A stretch of DNA of 64,000 nt from Minisyncoccia bacterium (GTDB lineage Bacteria; Patescibacteriota; Minisyncoccia; Phycocordibacterales; UBA1006): positions 275 to 64,274 of the forward strand of contig JBGATS010000001.1 of assembly GCA_044229075.1 (NCBI GenBank), written 5' to 3'. Each line of letters opens with the position of its first letter. Position 1 is the stretch's first letter. A program made the translations under genes and the position numbers. Shown piece after piece: positions 59,247-64,000 of this stretch. The notes beneath the pieces are model-generated. The model searched no databases. It worked only from the letters and a program-made list of their open reading frames with translations, and had not been told where the DNA came from.

Positions 59247-62200
59247 ATGTTAGAAAAAGTAAATTTTGATGAAGCACGACAGTCACAGCTCCCATTCATA
59301 GAGCTTCTCTTGAACATGGGCTATACATATATTCCTGCAGAGGAAGCACTACGACAACGCGGTGGTGATACTTCTAATTTCATTCTCGCTGACATAGCGA
59401 CTGAAAAGTTGATGGAAATAAATGGTTATGAGGTTGGTGGGACTGAATACAAATTCAGTGAGAAAGACGTACGAGATGCTATCGATGAATTAGAGCATAT
59501 CCAATATGAAGGACTCATTGATACTGCACAAAAGATCTACAACACCATCATGCCAACAAGCGGCGGTAAGACTGTTAAGGTAAATCATGGCGGTAAAAAA
59601 GTATCAAAGAATTTCAAATTCATTGATTTTGAAAACCCAAAAAATAATTCATTCCACGTAACTGCTGAGTTCGTCGCTAGTGGTAAGCAAAATATTCGTC
59701 CAGATATTGTATGTTTTGTGAATGGTATTCCTTTCGTAGTTATTGAAAACAAGAAGTCAGGTGTTGCTGTTGTAGAAGCACTTAACCAGATGAACCGCAA
59801 TCAAGGTCCTGAGTATTGTCCAAAACTATATACCTACACACAGCTTCTTGTTGGTACAAATGGTAAAGATTTACAATACGGCACAACTGGTACACCAAAC
59901 AAGTTCTATGCTGTGTGGAAAGAGAAAGGCACAGACGAAGACGTATTGAATGGAGAAATATCTAAACTCATACAAAAAGAAATAGATGCTACTACTTACT
60001 CGGAAATTTTACAGGATCTCAACGGATACACAGATGGTCACAAACAAAGAACAGACCGCCTTCCTACTGAACAAGACCGAGGAGTGTTTTCACTTTTTGA
60101 ACCTGTGAGACTTCTTGATCTTACAAAGAACTATATTCTCTTTGATGCAGGAGTAAAGAAACTTTCTCGCTATCAACAATACTTTGCTATCCATAAAATG
60201 CTCAAGCGTGTTGAAGAGGAAGAAACTACCGAACAAGGTATCACTCGCCGAAAGGGTGGGCTTGTTTGGCATACGCAAGGATCTGGTAAATCACTAACGA
60301 TGGTGATGTTTGTTAAGGCTCTCATTGAAGATCCTCATATCCTTAACCCTCGTGTGATTATTGTTACTGACCGTCGAGATTTGGATAAACAAATCAAAGA
60401 CACATTCAAGAACTGTAACCTAAAAAAGGAAGTTATTCAGGCTACAAGTGGTCAAAACCTCATTGATCTTATTAAAGAGAAAAATCTAGCAGTTATTACT
60501 ACTCTGGTACAAAAGTTTGAATCAGCTGCAAAAAAGAGTGCTGGGTTTGTTGATACTGATGAAAATATTTTCGTACTTATCGACGAAGCTCACCGAAGTC
60601 AGAATGGTGTCGCCAACTTTGAAATGGGTCGCATTATTCCGAATGCATCTTATATCGGATTCACAGGTACTCCACTCATGAAGGATGAGAAAGAAAGTTG
60701 GAGAAAGTTTGGAGGATATATCGATAAATATACTATTGATGACGCTTTAGCCGACAACATAATCCTGCCTCTTATCTATGAAGGTCGCTATGTTGATCTT
60801 ATTCAAAATGCTGAGCAAATCGATCGTCATGTTGAGCGTATCACTGAAGGTTTGAACGAAAAACAAAAAAAAGAATTACAACGTTATATTGGAAGTAAGA
60901 TCATTAAAGACAATCCTCAGCGTATTGTTGAGATTGCGTATGATATTGAAAAACACTTCATGTCTAACTTCCAAGACACAGGGCTTAAGGCACAAATTGT
61001 TGCCCCATCAAAATACTCTGCTATTTTATTCCAGAAGTTTTTTGAAACACGAGGGAAAATAAGAACTGCCGTCATTATCTCTGATGAGCATGAGGATGGT
61101 GATGAAGAAAACCTTCATAAAAAAGAAGTGGTTGCTTACCTAGAAGGTGTCCGAAAAAACCATAGTAGCGTCGATAAGTATGAGAAAGATGTTGTTGAAA
61201 GTTTCAAGTATAACGATGATGGAATCGAAGTCATCATTGTTTGTGACAAACTACTCACGGGTTTTGATGCACCTAGAAATACCGTCCTATATCTTGCTAA
61301 AGACTTACGCGATCATAATCTTTTGCAGGCTATCGCTCGTGTAAACCGTTTGTTTGAGAATAAGAAAGAAAAACCAAAGACTGCTGGCTACATAATGGAC
61401 TACTCAGAGAATGCTAAGAATATCGATACTGCGATGAAGCTCTTTGGTAACTATGATGAGAATGATGTAAAAGGCACTCTTATTGATGTTGCAGAAAAGA
61501 TTCAAGAACTTGAGCAAAGTTATTCTCTTGTTCACGATATTTTTAAGGAAGTCAAAGGATCATCTGATGATGAGGTATATTTACAGTTCCTTTCTGATCA
61601 ACCAAAGCGAGAAACGTTCTACAAAACCCTCAATGCTTTCATTAAGAATCTAAGTGAATGTTTTGTATTGCAGGACTTTGTTCATGAGTTCAAACATCTT
61701 GATTTGTACAAGCGTGAACTCAAGAAATTTGCTGAACTTCGTAAGGCAGCTAGTTTGCAATATGCAGACCGTGTTGATCTATTAGAATACAAACAATCAC
61801 TTGTTAATATTCTCGATAAATATGTTGATGCTCGTGGAGTTGAACTTCTTACAAAACAAGTAAACATTACCGACCGAAAACTTTTTGAGGAAGCTGTCGA
61901 GAATCTCGGATCTGATAAATCAAAAGCTGAAGCTATCGCTGCACAAACTCAAAAAACTATCACTGAAAAACTTGATACTGATCCTGAGTTTTACGAAAAG
62001 TTTTCTAAAAAGATTTCTGAGATTCTTGAAAAAATGAGGCTCGGTAAGCTTGCCGATGTTGAAGCATTAAAACAAATGAAGTTAATTCGAGATGATGTTG
62101 TAAATAAGAAAGATGAAAGCCTTCCAGGAAAAATTGACTCACAAAAAGGATCGGATGTCTTTTATCGTAACTTACGAACACAATTCGATAGTCTAAAACT

Positions 62201-62438
62201 TAACGAAGAAGTATATATATCTATCATTCTTGATATCTTTACTATCATAAAAAATGAAGCAATTGTGGATTGGTATAAGAATATGGATGTTAAGCGTAAG
62301 ATGCGAAATAGTATAGACGATTATCTTTATGATGTTGTTAAAGGTGAAAAAGGTCTCGAAATAGATAATGATCAGATAAAAAGTATTATTGATAGTGTGA
62401 TGGTATTAGCAGAGAATAACTTTGATTTATTTATCTAA
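59247..62438 (+). CDS. hsdR: type I RM restriction endonuclease/helicase subunit
   Basis: helicase motifs TQGSGKSLTM, DEAH box LIDEAHRSQ, N-terminal nuclease domain. Confidence 0.9.
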   Translation: MLEKVNFDEARQSQLPFIELLLNMGYTYIPAEEALRQRGGDTSNFILADIATEKLMEINGYEVGGTEYKFSEKDVRDAIDELEHIQYEGLIDTAQKIYNTIMPTSGGKTVKVNHGGKKVSKNFKFIDFENPKNNSFHVTAEFVASGKQNIRPDIVCFVNGIPFVVIENKKSGVAVVEALNQMNRNQGPEYCPKLYTYTQLLVGTNGKDLQYGTTGTPNKFYAVWKEKGTDEDVLNGEISKLIQKEIDATTYSEILQDLNGYTDGHKQRTDRLPTEQDRGVFSLFEPVRLLDLTKNYILFDAGVKKLSRYQQYFAIHKMLKRVEEEETTEQGITRRKGGLVWHTQGSGKSLTMVMFVKALIEDPHILNPRVIIVTDRRDLDKQIKDTFKNCNLKKEVIQATSGQNLIDLIKEKNLAVITTLVQKFESAAKKSAGFVDTDENIFVLIDEAHRSQNGVANFEMGRIIPNASYIGFTGTPLMKDEKESWRKFGGYIDKYTIDDALADNIILPLIYEGRYVDLIQNAEQIDRHVERITEGLNEKQKKELQRYIGSKIIKDNPQRIVEIAYDIEKHFMSNFQDTGLKAQIVAPSKYSAILFQKFFETRGKIRTAVIISDEHEDGDEENLHKKEVVAYLEGVRKNHSSVDKYEKDVVESFKYNDDGIEVIIVCDKLLTGFDAPRNTVLYLAKDLRDHNLLQAIARVNRLFENKKEKPKTAGYIMDYSENAKNIDTAMKLFGNYDENDVKGTLIDVAEKIQELEQSYSLVHDIFKEVKGSSDDEVYLQFLSDQPKRETFYKTLNAFIKNLSECFVLQDFVHEFKHLDLYKRELKKFAELRKAASLQYADRVDLLEYKQSLVNILDKYVDARGVELLTKQVNITDRKLFEEAVENLGSDKSKAEAIAAQTQKTITEKLDTDPEFYEKFSKKISEILEKMRLGKLADVEALKQMKLIRDDVVNKKDESLPGKIDSQKGSDVFYRNLRTQFDSLKLNEEVYISIILDIFTIIKNEAIVDWYKNMDVKRKMRNSIDDYLYDVVKGEKGLEIDNDQIKSIIDSVMVLAENNFDLFI

Positions 62439-62443
62439 ATTAT

Positions 62444-63151
62444 ATGAAAGAATTCATATTTGGAACATTTGTATATGAATATCAACTTATAAAACAAGAT
62501 CGTAAAACACTGTCTCTCACTGTCACGCCAGACTTACGTATTGTTCTTAAGTGTCCAGTACAAACTGATAATGAAAGAATAGAAACTTTTTTACAGAAAA
62601 AGTGGTTCTGGTTGGAAAAACAACTTTCGTTCTTTAAAAAATATCAACGGAAGATTTATGAGAAAGAATATATTTCAGGAGAAGGATATTTATATCTTGG
62701 TAGGCAATACAAACTAATTGTACGACGCGGGAAAGAAGATCTTGTTTCATTAACAAGAGGACTTTTAACGATTTACACCACAAAAGAGGTCTCAAATAGT
62801 CACCATAATAAAAAACTTATAGACTCCTGGTTCGAAGCAAAAACAGAAAGTGTTTTCCAGGATAGATTTAGGGAAATGTTAGGTAAGTTCGAATACAAAA
62901 ATACACCTATTCTTGCTATTCGAGAAATGAAAAAGCGTTGGGGTAGTTTTCTTAATAAGGATAAAATATTACTTAATCCAAAACTTATTCATACACCAAA
63001 AGAATGCATTGATTATGTTATTGTTCATGAACTATGTCACCTAAAGTATAAAAATCATAACTCCAATTTTTGGAAACTTTTAGAAGAGAAACACCCTAGG
63101 TGGGAAAAGGTTAAAGATAAACTTGAAACTATTGGTGCCAGCACCTGTTAA
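62444..63151 (+). CDS. YgjP/DUF45-like metal-dependent hydrolase (HExxH)
   Basis: VIVHELCHLKYKNH zinc-binding motif. This family commonly neighbours type I hsdR genes (association recalled from memory, not searched). Confidence 0.7.
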   Translation: MKEFIFGTFVYEYQLIKQDRKTLSLTVTPDLRIVLKCPVQTDNERIETFLQKKWFWLEKQLSFFKKYQRKIYEKEYISGEGYLYLGRQYKLIVRRGKEDLVSLTRGLLTIYTTKEVSNSHHNKKLIDSWFEAKTESVFQDRFREMLGKFEYKNTPILAIREMKKRWGSFLNKDKILLNPKLIHTPKECIDYVIVHELCHLKYKNHNSNFWKLLEEKHPRWEKVKDKLETIGASTC

Positions 63152-63249
63152 AACTGTTGGTAAATTCACTACACAACGTCTTAAAGTTAAGCTAAAGTAC
63201 CCAAGTACCTCCTTTTGAGGTATAATATCTTCGACATCTGAATAAAGTC

Positions 63250-63448
63250 GACCTAACCCCTAAAAAACCTTGTTTTCTAGGGTATGGCGCAAATCCGCTA
63301 AAGTGTAAAAACCTCCTCGTCTGGAGTCACTTTAGTGGTCATGTCTGGAAACGGATATGGGTAGAGTAATCTACCATAACAGGCGGGGAGATTTTTGCTA
63401 TCTCCGATCTGTTTTTATCATAAAGCAAAACAAAACCGCTAAAGTTTT
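63250..63448 (+). promoter_or_regulatory. conserved structured 5' leader, copy B (paralogous to 41931-42104)
   Basis: see copy A; includes hairpin ggagat-ttttgct-atctcc followed by T-rich run; preceded by TATAAT at 63221. Confidence 0.5.
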
Positions 63449-63838
63449 ATGAATAAATATTTAACCTATATTATAGGTATTTCCTGTATAGTTATTACAG
63501 GAGCAGTAGCATATTATTTCTTTTCATATTTGCCTAGTAAAAATGCATTACTCGGACAGAAAGAATGTCGAAATATGGCACTCAATAAATTTGAAAAAGA
63601 TCAGTCTGGCACTTCAGAACCTGAGTTTGTTTTTGATGAGAAAGGAAGATGTTTGTACAAGTTGGTAGAAGTTCATTCTTCTGAAGGCATATCAGTTATA
63701 ATGTTTTACATAATTGATTTGTACACTAACCAACAAGTTGCTGGATATACCGAAACTTACAAAGATGGAAACAAAACAACATTAGGCAATCAGTCTATTT
63801 TTGATTCTATAGATAAGAAATATTTTAAAGAGCAATAA
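63449..63838 (+). CDS. hypothetical membrane-anchored small protein
   Basis: N-terminal TM; followed by hairpin terminator aaccacgctttgtgcgtggtt. Confidence 0.4.
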   Translation: MNKYLTYIIGISCIVITGAVAYYFFSYLPSKNALLGQKECRNMALNKFEKDQSGTSEPEFVFDEKGRCLYKLVEVHSSEGISVIMFYIIDLYTNQQVAGYTETYKDGNKTTLGNQSIFDSIDKKYFKEQ

Positions 63839-63868
63839 AACCACGCTTTGTGCGTGGTTTTATTGCTA
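63839..63868 (+). terminator. rho-independent terminator
   Basis: aaccacgc-tttgt-gcgtggtt + T-run. Confidence 0.55.
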
Positions 63869-64000
63869 GGCGTTTTCTGAATCCTGCTTCTTGTTCCTTT
63901 CGTTTATGATTTCTGAGAATTTTCCACTGCGGACCATCTCAACCAGATCCTCAACTTCTTCTGGTAGTATTTCACCATCACGTATTGCACTTTTAATGTC

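Noticed and set aside
1-64000. CRISPR arrays
   Set aside because: No regularly spaced direct repeats of 25-40 bp with unique spacers were seen anywhere in the window.
1-64000. Alternative genetic code (UGA recoding, as in some CPR)
   Set aside because: Long conserved genes (ftsK, ileS, hsdR, pilB) read through under the standard code and several genes end in TGA (e.g. the serine recombinase at 44899), so there is no evidence for recoding.

Overview
This 64-kb window is AT-rich and resembles a small-genome, CPR/Patescibacteria-like bacterium.

**Evidence for that lineage.** The ribosomal-protein cluster is fragmented, with rpsS-rplV-rpsC-rplP-rpsQ-rplN-rplX-rplE present but rpmC absent. S19 and L19 carry C-terminal extensions. 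A type IV pilus ATPase and a PilM-like gene are present, and a TrmB-family regulator is encoded.

**Housekeeping genes.**
- ftsK, recA, efp, ruvB, recO-like, folD and glyA are present.
- There is an ABC-F ATPase.
- ileS carries an inserted histidine-phosphatase domain.
- ruvX, rplS and an RluA pseudouridine synthase are present.
- Four tRNAs are encoded: Leu-GAG, Arg-TCT, Val-TAC and Ser-TGA.

**Accessory and mobile features.**
- A ~3.8-kb element is integrated at the tRNA-Leu 3' end. It has a large serine recombinase and 19-bp direct repeats.
- tRNA-Val and tRNA-Ser are each followed by a homologous ~200-bp mini-element that ends in a copy of the tRNA 3' end.
- A second, paralogous serine recombinase sits next to a 6-gene type I RM operon, hsdS(half)-hsdM-X-hsdS-hsdR-DUF45, where X is an embedded 2-TM coiled-coil gene.
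- A ~1.3-kb dinD-like module is inserted at the ileS 5' end, flanked by ~88-bp duplications that copy the ileS promoter and first codons.

**Candidate RNA elements.**
- A conserved structured leader with compensatory stem changes lies upstream of two unrelated small membrane-protein genes.
- The folD leader is GC-rich and hairpin-rich.
- A ~67-bp repeat occurs twice, each copy followed by a terminator.
- A GC-rich 157-bp element is bounded by 13-bp inverted repeats.
- A cluster of DnaA-box-like 9-mers sits next to an AT-rich tract.

All calls are from reading the sequence and ORF translations; no searches were run.
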